Shown here piece by piece: positions 1-10,176 of a stretch of DNA of 64,000 nt. A program made the position numbers and the translations under genes. Position 1 is the first letter of the stretch; each line of letters starts with the position of its first letter. Location of the stretch: the NCBI GenBank assembly GCA_004764695.1, contig SMSO01000035.1:4104040-4168039 (forward strand). Direction: 5' to 3'. The notes under the pieces were generated by a model, which was not told the origin of the DNA, did no database searches, and was given only the letters and a program-made list of their open reading frames with translations. Source of the stretch: Schizochytrium sp. TIO01. Taxonomy: Eukaryota; Protista; Bigyra: Labyrinthulomycetes.

Positions 1-4
1 CCTC

Positions 5-1057
5 ATGGAGCTTTTGCAAGCGCTCGAGCCGCTCCCGCTATCAGTTCTGGACTCTGTACTGGGTGGTATGCTTTACCCAACCGGTACTATCGGTGACCTA
101 AAGCAATGGCGTGGTAATACTGGTCTTGCGGAGTCTCTTCGCAGTATGTACCTCCGCAAGGCCTTTGGTCATGGTCAGGCATATGCGGAGCGCCTCGCGC
201 TCATCTCCGATGCGGGATTCTTGCCGACGCGACAAGCCCTGATTGAGCTTTTTGGGCTGCAAAGACCCTCGGTGGAGGCATGGACACGTGCTGGCCCGAA
301 GGACCACCTTGCGCGGAAACAAGAGCTCATGAAGCAGGCGCTCGAGGCGTCACCTCCGGGAAGCGTCGCCGCATGGACTTTAGAGGACAAACTCGAGGCT
401 CTTGGATGTGCCATATGGGGCCGCAACACTTTTAACCTCATTGCGGAGGAGACTGGTCGATACGAGTTCTACACAGCCGAGTTTGTTGAGCAAATCGCCG
501 CCTACCTCCATGGAAGACTTGAAGCACTTGGTGGCGGAAGTCTCGTCGAAGTAGGTGCGGGAAACGGCTCTCTCACATTTTTTATCAACGCTGCCCTTGA
601 GCAACTTGGATCTAAACATAGGTGTGTGGCAACAGACCCCGATCTGCGGCCTGCGCCGCGCCAAAAGACTGGAGCTTCAGGAGAGTCGGGAGAGTATGAC
701 ATCGAGGCACTCGATGTAACGCAAGCTCTGGAAAAGCATAAACCCACGATTGTACTATGCGCATGGATGCCGATGGATACAGACTGGAGCGCAGAATTCC
801 GAGCATGCAGCTCCGTAAAGGAGTATGTGCTGGTAGGTGAAGCTGATTTTGGTGCCTGTGGTCATAATTGGCTCACGTGGGGCAACCCGGAGTATAAAGA
901 GGATGGCCTTGCAGGAGCTGATTCAGGCACGCCACCTTCGGTAGCGGACGGATGGGAGCGATTAGACCTGCTTGAAATCTCCAAGTGGCAAATGCAGCGG
1001 TATGACAGCAACTACTACTCTGGAAACTCAGTCACGGTAGCTTTTCGTAGGCGTTAG
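5..1057 (+). CDS. Uncharacterised protein with a class I SAM-dependent methyltransferase-like fold; possibly 5'-truncated by the window edge
   Basis: 350-aa ORF with a motif-I-like glycine loop LVEVGAGNG, followed by 'CVATD' and 'IEALDV...VLCAWMP'. The frame is open to the window start. Confidence 0.65.
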   Translation: MELLQALEPLPLSVLDSVLGGMLYPTGTIGDLKQWRGNTGLAESLRSMYLRKAFGHGQAYAERLALISDAGFLPTRQALIELFGLQRPSVEAWTRAGPKDHLARKQELMKQALEASPPGSVAAWTLEDKLEALGCAIWGRNTFNLIAEETGRYEFYTAEFVEQIAAYLHGRLEALGGGSLVEVGAGNGSLTFFINAALEQLGSKHRCVATDPDLRPAPRQKTGASGESGEYDIEALDVTQALEKHKPTIVLCAWMPMDTDWSAEFRACSSVKEYVLVGEADFGACGHNWLTWGNPEYKEDGLAGADSGTPPSVADGWERLDLLEISKWQMQRYDSNYYSGNSVTVAFRRR

Positions 1058-1628
1058 TTTGATGCTCACTATTACACTACAAGTTTGCCAGATAAATGTA
1101 TGAATACACATACGAAAGCAACATACAGCATAGAATCATTCAATTTGAACAAATCTAGCTTGAATTTCGACTCACTATCACCACCCACGACTATAACTTA
1201 AATATATCGTTCACATTGTTCACCCTGTGTTGATTCCTGATTGATGTTCGGAGAAGAGAATTAGCAAGTAAGAAGACAAGCTATTTCCTTTCACTTCACA
1301 AGTACTGAATTTAACCATTGAATACTCATCTCCCCTTGTTCTGCAAGCTTTGATGCTGCAACTCTCCTTCATAAACCCTCATTTCTCTCTCTTATATACA
1401 TCAACAAATGTACATATCATGTTTCCTTATAGTTGCTGTTATCTTATGTAGGTATTCCCATGGGCCCAATAAAACGCAGGGTAAGGCCATAATCTGAACA
1501 TCTAATATACTAATAAAGGAATGAGATATTCCAGGAAACAAACAAGAATCGATAGCAAAGAGGCATTAGTGAATATCAAATGTTGAAATTTGTCTCGGTT
1601 CGAGTTTAGCAAGTGTACATGTTTTGAA

Positions 1629-3974
1629 TCAGTCGACTAAACTTATGCAGTTCTCATCTTCATCTTTGTCAACAAGAGAGGTTGCGGTAGGCTCGGTGTC
1701 TAAGACAGAAGTTGGGAGGTCGTCTTCCTCAGTAATGGCAATTGCCGCAGTTGTCCCTGAGGAGCTAGACGAAGCTGAGTTGGCTCCCAACTTGTCCAGG
1801 GCGGCATTAATTTTCACGACAGAATCTTTCATGGGACCTAAAATGTGTGAAACGTCACCACATCCAACTACATGAAGATTTTTCGGATTTGAGTCAGCAG
1901 TCCTCTGGCCACTTTCGAGCCATTGGGAGCACTGGTCTTTGATATCTTGCTTTTTTAAGGAGAAATGTGCTTCAAGCACATCTTTGAAAAGATATGGAGG
2001 GTTATTTATCATATCAAGAATTCCCCAGCGCAATGTCCAGCTTCTTATACCAAAATTATAAGTTTCTGATGCCTGCTTACCTACTTCAGTTCCCATGGTG
2101 TTTTCGTATCCAGGCTCATTGAAGTAAGGCTCCTCCACCAAAATCAGAGCTTGAATTGAGATGAGAACTTGTAAAAGTGTACTCGTGCCAGGAATCCAAC
2201 CAGGGCCAGACCATGTTCCCAAAAGAGACAGGCATACCTTACCATCTGCATAGAGATTCGGATTGAAACGAACAGTTCCGCCTCCTGTAGTTTTAAAAAT
2301 GGCTAGTGGAGGTTTCGTAGGATAGTTACTTGGGAAATAAAAATCAAACAGAAATGCACCATTTGCGTATGGGGTGTCCGCTGGTCCAAGGATAAGAATA
2401 GATAAAACATCGTGGCGGTTCTCATCTACACGGGCAAACACACCACTCCCCCAACTTAAAGGTAAGCTCGTGCGTAGCGTTGAAACTTCTCGAGAGATCC
2501 GTAGCATGCGCTGACGGTTCGCAGCATTTGCCATACTCCATTGCAAAGCTTGAGGCAAAAAGTGGTATTTTACAGTTGGTTTTGGGCGGGTTTGAGCGAG
2601 ATCTAATATTGAAACACTTCGAAACTGAATGTCTTTGAGAATTTCCACATACAACTTTTTCCGTTTTTCATTATCAAGTTCAACTGCACCGTTGCGAAGT
2701 AGGTTTCGGCGTGTTGATTTTTTTACAGGGAGAATCTTGGCAACACTGGTCTTATAATACTTGTGTGATTGCAAGTGCTGTGAAATTTGATCAAAGGCGT
2801 TGCTTACATTTTCTAGAAGCGATAAAGATAAGTCATTTGTCTTTGTAGAAGTGTCGGTTGAAATCTCTCCGTTTCCGAGAGAAATATCTCCTTCAATCCT
2901 GGCAATGAATGCAGCAAGGTGTTCGAAGGTATTCACAGACGCCACACCCTGTTCTGCAAGTAAGAGTTTCCCTTGAGAGTTCAATTTTGAGATATGGGCT
3001 AAAATCATTGTTGAGAAGTCATGACCTTGACTCTCGCCGTCATCACTTTCATCGCTGCCAAGTTCGATAACATCATCGTCACCGATGGCACTGCCTTCTG
3101 CCTCCTTATCATCAGCTGACTGGGGCCGGGCCAAAAGCCCTGGTAACCCTGTATAGAGTGGTGCAAGGCCAATTTCCGTGGTCAGACCAAGCAAAGCATC
3201 ATAAAGATCTTGTCGAGCCAGCACGTCCATAGTGCTATCATTTAGCCAGAGTGTCCTCAAGAGACTTACGAGACTACCGCTGCTGGAGTCTTGCTGCGCC
3301 TCCTCCTCTGTCCGCTTTCTTTTTGTTCGTTTAGTCCCGCCATTTCTCCTTTGTGGCTGGCGTTCTTTTTTCTGTCTGCCATTCGCTGCACCCGCTGCTC
3401 CCGTATCTGAGTGGCCCTCAAGCGTGCTTGTCGCTCGAGCAAGAATCTCGCGTACCTGCGAAAGTGGCATAACCATGAGCCCTGCAAGCGCTAGAACATC
3501 GTGGCTGTCAAGTGTGGTCCCAACAGCAATCTTGAGAGAGGTGTGAAAGTCCTCGAGACCTTTCTGAAGCCTGGCATCAGCCTGGCGCTCGCCGGCGATG
3601 GCATTGTTGCGAGCGGCTGTGGTTTGTTTATCTGTAGAATTCGAGCCACCATAACCCGTGCCAGAGACAAAACCTCGGGCAGTTTTTTTTGTGGATGTTT
3701 TACGCTTCTTGGAACCCCGCTGACGACCACGACCAGGGTGCTCTTGAGCAATGGAGGCCTGCAACTCGAGCAGCAAAACCAGTGCAGCGGCGAATTCTCG
3801 CACAGATGATGACCCACAAAGGTTCTGCGCGGAGGTCTCGCAGAAGGCTTCAAAGGCATTGCGAGACAACACAACGTTCAGATGCCGCACAGGTTGGCGT
3901 TGGAGACGGTCTGCGTCGAAACCACCGCGAGCACCGCCGTCGCTGGCGGTCAGGTCGATGGCCACGTCCCCCAT
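1629..3974 (-). CDS. BIRC6/BRUCE-like ubiquitin-conjugating enzyme (C-terminal UBC domain, no BIR domain seen)
   Basis: UBC signature GPADTPYANGAFLFD...YPTKPP...VRFNPNLYADGKVCLSLLGTW with the catalytic Cys. BIRC6-like upstream motifs SGTGYG and LNDSTMDVLARQDLYDALL. First ATG is at 3974 (MGDVAIDLT); the track's TTG start at 4247 is unlikely in a eukaryote. Confidence 0.85.
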   Translation of the reverse strand: MGDVAIDLTASDGGARGGFDADRLQRQPVRHLNVVLSRNAFEAFCETSAQNLCGSSSVREFAAALVLLLELQASIAQEHPGRGRQRGSKKRKTSTKKTARGFVSGTGYGGSNSTDKQTTAARNNAIAGERQADARLQKGLEDFHTSLKIAVGTTLDSHDVLALAGLMVMPLSQVREILARATSTLEGHSDTGAAGAANGRQKKERQPQRRNGGTKRTKRKRTEEEAQQDSSSGSLVSLLRTLWLNDSTMDVLARQDLYDALLGLTTEIGLAPLYTGLPGLLARPQSADDKEAEGSAIGDDDVIELGSDESDDGESQGHDFSTMILAHISKLNSQGKLLLAEQGVASVNTFEHLAAFIARIEGDISLGNGEISTDTSTKTNDLSLSLLENVSNAFDQISQHLQSHKYYKTSVAKILPVKKSTRRNLLRNGAVELDNEKRKKLYVEILKDIQFRSVSILDLAQTRPKPTVKYHFLPQALQWSMANAANRQRMLRISREVSTLRTSLPLSWGSGVFARVDENRHDVLSILILGPADTPYANGAFLFDFYFPSNYPTKPPLAIFKTTGGGTVRFNPNLYADGKVCLSLLGTWSGPGWIPGTSTLLQVLISIQALILVEEPYFNEPGYENTMGTEVGKQASETYNFGIRSWTLRWGILDMINNPPYLFKDVLEAHFSLKKQDIKDQCSQWLESGQRTADSNPKNLHVVGCGDVSHILGPMKDSVVKINAALDKLGANSASSSSSGTTAAIAITEEDDLPTSVLDTEPTATSLVDKDEDENCISLVD

Positions 3975-5757
3975 TGCCCAGGTAGACGAACGAAGAGCTA
4001 CACGCGAAGCAAAATGCCTAGGGACTAGCCGTGGCGTGAGGATCCTCTGATTCCTAGCTGAACAGACAAAGGTTTCGTCTCGCAATCCCGGGATCTTCGT
4101 CGCGCGGCTGTCTCGAAACGGCCTCAGAGTTGAGGATTTGGAGAGCTTTTGCTGTGCTTTGGAAAAGTTTAGAAAGCTTTGAGTTCTCCTAATAATAAAA
4201 AAATTATTAGGCTTTTCGTCCAAGTTGCTATTCAAGTTCAAGTTCAACTTACTAGTTCTTCTCTGAAATCACCACCAAATTTGTTGATAGCTAAGCTCTA
4301 CACCATGTTTTAAATGTGGCATCCACGACTGTCAGTTACCACGTCTGAAGCCTTCAATAAAGGCAGAGTCCATGACGTGAAATCTCGTCATGAACCTTGG
4401 AGTCATTGAGGACTTGAAGTACCAGCGCTCTCGGCTCCTTAGAACGTAGCTATGAGAATCGTTAATGGTTCCTTTCTTCTTCTTCTTGTGCCTATCTTTC
4501 TCTCTGTCGTCGTCTGGAAACGTTGAAAAGAAGAACCAAAGGCGACGACAGAAGAGTTGTTGCGAACGTGACAATTGTAGAGAGAAACACCACTACAATG
4601 TAGGGGTACCCGATAAAATTGTAAGGCGAGCTCCTACCGAGAAGCCTGATAATTAATATCTTTTGAAGGATCTAGCATTAATGCAGTGTTCATGAATGTG
4701 GGAATTGAGGAGCTAGAAAGTGAATGTATTGATAAGGATGATTTCTTATTTAAATAAATAATTTCCTCTACTTATGGAACAGCCTAACTAATATTACTTG
4801 CGTCCTATGGAACAGCTTCATATTACTTATGGGCTACATTCACTGTGAACAGAACAATATATGAACAGAATGCCTTTAAATTAATCACTGTTCTGTTGTA
4901 CACGAGAGACAATACACGTTACATCCAACTTACGGACTACGTTCACTAAGAAGGAACACTAAGGTTCTCTGTTATAATTACAGCTCAGGGGAGCTTTTCT
5001 ATTAAGTATTCTGATTACAGAGGAGCTTTCCTGTTAAGTAGGACTTGTTCACACGTTCCGTTTTTACTAAGGCTTTTCCTTTGTTCAATGGTCTTTTCTA
5101 CTTAAGGACTACGCAACCGTTCTGTTCAAAGTCAGGCGCTCTCAAATTCAACATTTAGACGAGCGAAGGTTATTCTCAACCGAATGCACGGCCACAGTAT
5201 CATGCAACGAGTGAGACTGTTTATTTATTGTTTTAGGCTTTCATTTGTTCATTTACCGTGAACGTGGTAGGAACAAAGCCTGGAAATTGAAGACGAAAAC
5301 GCGCACTTCTGACCGTGGGGTTGCCCCACCCGACTATCGCGAAATGATTTTTTTGAAGAAAATTGATGGCCACAGGGAAGATTAATAAAGAGATCTCCAA
5401 ATTGCTAAGCTGAAAAAATGAGATCAGTTGTGCATTATGCAACATCATTCTATTTTATTTTATTCTCGGATCAGGGATGCCGCGCATTCTAGGCTGAACG
5501 TTAACACGTGAAAAAGAGCAACCAAGCTTATCTGTTATGAATAGAACCATTGAAGCACATCACTCCTGCAATGAAAGCACGTGTTCCAGTTCTGCGAATT
5601 CAAAGAACAAGAAAAGTAACTATGAAACGCTCTCAACGATTCAGTGGCGAAACCTGCCACGTTTTTGACGTGGTGCCGCTGCTTTGGATCACTAGACACA
5701 ACTTTCAAGACTGAGAATTGAAAAGCACAGCAAACGGGATATTATGTGTTATTTATA

Positions 5758-8316
5758 TTAGGTCTGAAAAATGTTCCCCTCTTTCATGTCTTCTTGAAGA
5801 CGATCACGCAGCTCTTCAGCGTTGAAAGCAAGGTTACGCTTAGCAAGTCGGCGATTGTATTGGAGCTCGACTGTGTGCAGAAAGTGAGTTTTTAAATCAT
5901 AGTGAAGAGTAATTCGGGGAGCAAAATAACCCCATAACTTCTTGTCCGGTTCTACCCATGAAACCGAGACCATCTCATTGGAGTCTTGAGTCACGCGCCG
6001 CTCTTCAGTGGTGATATTTGCACCTTTGCGCTGAAGGTATTTGTTGAAGTTCTGTATATCTAATTTGCGGTTGATAGTTTCACGCAAGGTAATGAGGCCT
6101 TGTGCATTGTATGTTACCGTGTGAAAGGCTCGTCGACAACCCACCATGAAAAGTGCAAACAGGGCAATATTGATGGCAAACCAGATCATTGGAGTGTTTT
6201 TCATCAAGGGCTCTGCTAGATTCTGCATCCATGGCGTGTTAACAACAGACCACTGACCAGTCAAACGATCCAATGTGTTGTACGCAAGTGTACCTGCGAG
6301 TACTAGTTGGATGATCTCAAGGGACTTGCTTGATTTCTCATTATGAACCTGCAAATCACAAAGTTGCCGCGTGTACTCTTGACAGCCATCGTTGATATTC
6401 ATACTCTTACGCTCGCGCAAAGTCTCAACCATGTTAGATAACAACTCCAAATGTCTTCGTGTAGCATTCACAGATTTGACCAAGTCTGCTGCTCGACGTA
6501 CAAGCTGATCTTTCATATCAGCGATCTGCAGACGCTCATACAAAGAGCGGCCGCTCTGCTCAGGTGGTTGGGGTGGAACGACAACCTCCTCGAGTGACTC
6601 ACGAATGAAGCCCAGAATCTCCTCCAAAAGGATAACTTGCTCTGTAAGCTTAGTGTGTTCCTTCAAACACCATGCATATGCACGAGGATCAGAGTCTGCG
6701 GAATCTATATGCTGACGAAGCTCTTTCATCTCATCCAGTAGCATATACAGACGATTGAAGAAGTTTTGCAGGAACAAGTCAGTACTTTGAAATTGTAAGT
6801 AGGCGCACAAAAGTGGTTCATGATGACGTGAGTTTGGACCTGCAACCAAAAGACCATGAGCACCGAATACCAGTGCATCATGTTCGCTGATATCATAAGC
6901 TGCACGTGTGTCACCTAAAACTTGCTTGAGCTCGTTTTCATATTCGCCCTGATCCATGAACTCTTCTGCAGTAAGATGAGGTGTAATTTCATTGGCTACA
7001 ATCAAATTTACTTTGTCTCGATACTCTGCATAGTTGTTGTACACAAGCTGCATGAGCTTTCGTTGATGCCCAGACACCACAGAGTCAATAATCTTGCTGC
7101 TATCCATGTGAACATCAACGAGCAATCGAGCTAGATGATCCAAACTAATGTTATCTTTGATGCGATCCATCACGGCTTCAATTTGCATTCCATAAAACAG
7201 CGTACCATCACTATTTACTGAAACACCAAAAGTTTCTACTTGAACCACGCCATCTTCATTGGGGTAGTGGATGTTTGCTTCAAAGTTAACATGGTCTGCT
7301 AGTGTGTAATCAAGAATACTGATACTTGTGAGCCCCGGAGAAACCTCAAGTTTAGTGCCTTGTGTGTCCTTGTCGACGCTTGCTGTGAAGAATCCTCCTT
7401 GCACACGCTCAGTACTGCCAATGTTGTTATTCAGCTGAACAATGTTATTAGTACCAAAAGGAATGTACTCACTCACAATCACAGACACAGAGTTAAGAGT
7501 GATAACCTCGTCAAGCTCATCTCGAATAGCATTGTCTCCTTGACCACATTCATGAGCACGATGAGCATTACTTAATGTGGGGCGGCCACCGTGCCGCAGA
7601 CATTGCGGAATATACGCGCTGCTTACGTATGAGACATCTTCAGTATTCATGACTGTGCTCTTTCGGTTGTAACCTGACGCGCTTACGAGATAGAAACACT
7701 CTTCTTCCTCGCGCCAACGAACTTTGAGGAGCTCTCGCGTGCCAGGAGCAAAAACCATTTCGTGAACAGCCTCACGATCCTGTTTTCCAAGTTTCTTTAG
7801 GATCTCCTCACCTTTTTCGCTCACTTGGTAACATGTCACCGGCTGATATTCCTTGCTGCTTAGTTTTAAGCCGTTCAACAGCTCTTCTTCACGCAAAAAG
7901 TCCAAGTCGGATTTACCTTCTTGAGATACATTGAAATAAGCTCGTCGAAGACCAATTAATTCACTTGATGGTGCATAATCGTAGTCGAAAACCTGAAGCA
8001 CAATTCCTTCGTATATGAGAACTTGGACAGCTTGTTTGCGAATCCATTCTTCTTTTTCTTCTTCGCTACGTGCTGCATGCGAGTATAGACTGATCATGTA
8101 CAGCAGACGATTTTGTGTTTCTGTAAGGCCAGTGTTTGAGGCAGACCCCGCGCTACCGCTATCGTCGTCATCATCGTCGCTATCAATATCAAGGCCAAGA
8201 CCTGCTGCAAGGGCATCTGTACCTGGCTTTTTGGTTTCCTCCCCGACTTTGTCCAGCTCTTCCTCCTCATCGTCATCTACAACTTCCTCGCCCTCATCAG
8301 GGACGACCTTCTTCAT
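5758..8316 (-). CDS. Conserved-looking uncharacterised protein: acidic N-terminus, FDYDYAP domain, helical region and two C-terminal hydrophobic helices (CorA-like topology)
   Basis: 852-aa ATG-initiated ORF with globular composition. Hydrophobic segments IIQLVLAGTLAY and IWFAINIALFALFMV follow long amphipathic helices. Confidence 0.8.
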   Translation of the reverse strand: MKKVVPDEGEEVVDDDEEEELDKVGEETKKPGTDALAAGLGLDIDSDDDDDDSGSAGSASNTGLTETQNRLLYMISLYSHAARSEEEKEEWIRKQAVQVLIYEGIVLQVFDYDYAPSSELIGLRRAYFNVSQEGKSDLDFLREEELLNGLKLSSKEYQPVTCYQVSEKGEEILKKLGKQDREAVHEMVFAPGTRELLKVRWREEEECFYLVSASGYNRKSTVMNTEDVSYVSSAYIPQCLRHGGRPTLSNAHRAHECGQGDNAIRDELDEVITLNSVSVIVSEYIPFGTNNIVQLNNNIGSTERVQGGFFTASVDKDTQGTKLEVSPGLTSISILDYTLADHVNFEANIHYPNEDGVVQVETFGVSVNSDGTLFYGMQIEAVMDRIKDNISLDHLARLLVDVHMDSSKIIDSVVSGHQRKLMQLVYNNYAEYRDKVNLIVANEITPHLTAEEFMDQGEYENELKQVLGDTRAAYDISEHDALVFGAHGLLVAGPNSRHHEPLLCAYLQFQSTDLFLQNFFNRLYMLLDEMKELRQHIDSADSDPRAYAWCLKEHTKLTEQVILLEEILGFIRESLEEVVVPPQPPEQSGRSLYERLQIADMKDQLVRRAADLVKSVNATRRHLELLSNMVETLRERKSMNINDGCQEYTRQLCDLQVHNEKSSKSLEIIQLVLAGTLAYNTLDRLTGQWSVVNTPWMQNLAEPLMKNTPMIWFAINIALFALFMVGCRRAFHTVTYNAQGLITLRETINRKLDIQNFNKYLQRKGANITTEERRVTQDSNEMVSVSWVEPDKKLWGYFAPRITLHYDLKTHFLHTVELQYNRRLAKRNLAFNAEELRDRLQEDMKEGNIFQT

Positions 8317-10176
8317 GTTTTTATTCGAAAAAATTCTTCCTGTCTATTAAAACGGCCTTTGTAGAGCAGGCCGCCCTTCACTTGATTGTCAAAAAAGTAA
8401 GCAATTTGCAGAAGTTGCAGAAGAATAGCCAAGAAAAACAAGCCACGACTTGTTTATGAAAAAACCTGACGATCAGCCTTAGCAATGCCAGCCTCACAAA
8501 AGGCGTTTAGCACAATTGTACTCACGCGATTTGCTTCTACGTGCTCCTTGATTTAATTAGCAAGCGCACAAAGTACGTAACGCGCGAATGACGATAAGCT
8601 TTTCCGTGCTCCAGAAGGCCTTTGGTGCTCACTTGCTCGTTTTCCCGCACGCAAGAGAACTCCCAAAACCACGTGCTAGCGCGGAGTCTAAACCTTCTGT
8701 CGTCTTCACACGCGCAAGGTCCGCTGCAACACCAGCCTTCCTGATGTTAGTCAGCCTACTACGAAGTTGGTGTTGGCAAGGCTGCCGCGCTTGCGCTTGT
8801 CGCGATTATGGTTCCCTCTGCGAATACATGCAAACACGAACTTGGGTACTCTTAGCGATGACTTTGCTAACAATAAGGTAAACGTATGAAGGCCTTCTTT
8901 GTTATCTGTTTGTCTGACTGCTTACATATAATGCTGTTACTACTTTTGCCTTGTGTTTGTTGCTACGAGTGTAAGATTGGCTAGGAATTTGTCGATCGAA
9001 AATACTAGTAAAGAATCAAAGCAAGTGTAACAATAACACAACACCAACGATAAGAAAGAAAGTTTTGACTTGCAGTGCGCTACGCTGAGCTATCGATCTG
9101 AAAAATGGGAAGCAAAATGATCGTGAAGGAAGGTAGGTCTGCTGCAGTGCAGTGAAACTCCCTCTACCCTGACTACTCAGAAACAAAACCCAAGACACTA
9201 TTCTAGACTGAACGAAATGGGTCGTCTCAAATCAATGAGCCTTGATATGTAGATAAGTATCGTCGCAGATGGTTTGATGCTTTCTGTCTATACCTGCTGT
9301 GCTCTGGTGCTTACTTGCCCTTCAAGAGAAAGAAAAAAGAGACGCTAGAACCTAACGCCCCGTAACGGTAATATTATTCAACCAGCTAGGGGGTGCTTTA
9401 TAATATAATATGCTTATAATCACATAGCACTTTAATTAGCATATCAAAGCTTGGGGGGAACCTAAAAGTTCTTCCGCTTGAAAGCTGGGGGGGTACTTCC
9501 ATAATGAGGAAGGAGTGATTGATTAGTCAGCTTGTACTATACTTTAAGCTAGAGGGGGGGTTTAGTGCGCAACCCTTTTTCTCAGACGTTGAAGGGACAC
9601 GGAGCCCACGGAAGACAATGGAAGAAGCCCCTGTCAAGAATAGAATCTCGCATGAAATCAAGGCCAAGATAATTAAGGTGGTCTTGAGAAGGCTATCAAA
9701 CTCTCAGCCGGGCTGGAGCTTCACCTCAGCAGGTCTTGGGCAAGTTTGTGAGCCACAGAAGTGAGTCGTGCGAGCAGAATCTTGAGATCTGTCTGGCACT
9801 GTGACCTAGTGAACTATAAAAGACGGGCTGCAGCAAAATAGTACTGAGCTTTGCTCCAGGAAATTGGAGGTCAATCTAGGTCAAGGGAATTGTGAGTGCC
9901 AGTGCATAAGGATTCAGGCTTAATCTGACCCTGTGTACTGGCAAACCCGCTTGGCCTTAGTGAAAGGCTGGCCTAAGCGGGAGATCGCTGCGCTGCAGAC
10001 GATCTGCACAAAGTAAGCACATCTGAGCAGTGCCAGACTGCCCTTTCATAGTTGAAGAACAGCGGTGATTTAGAGCCTTTCAGGCAGGCTCATCAACAAT
10101 CCTTTGCAGGGAGAACATTAAATAGAGCAGGAGGTTTCGTTATCATCTTTGATCAGTAGCTCGTGGCAAGTGCAGG

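Noticed and set aside
3975-4247. TTG-initiated N-terminal extension of the UBC gene
   Set aside because: Non-ATG start and UTR-like composition; the ATG at 3974 is a better start, though an extension is not strictly excluded.
4770-5130. Short degenerate direct repeats (TATGGAACAGC x2, GGAGCTTT...TTAAGTA x2) as a possible MITE or regulatory array
   Set aside because: No terminal inverted repeats or target-site duplication found; too degenerate to call.
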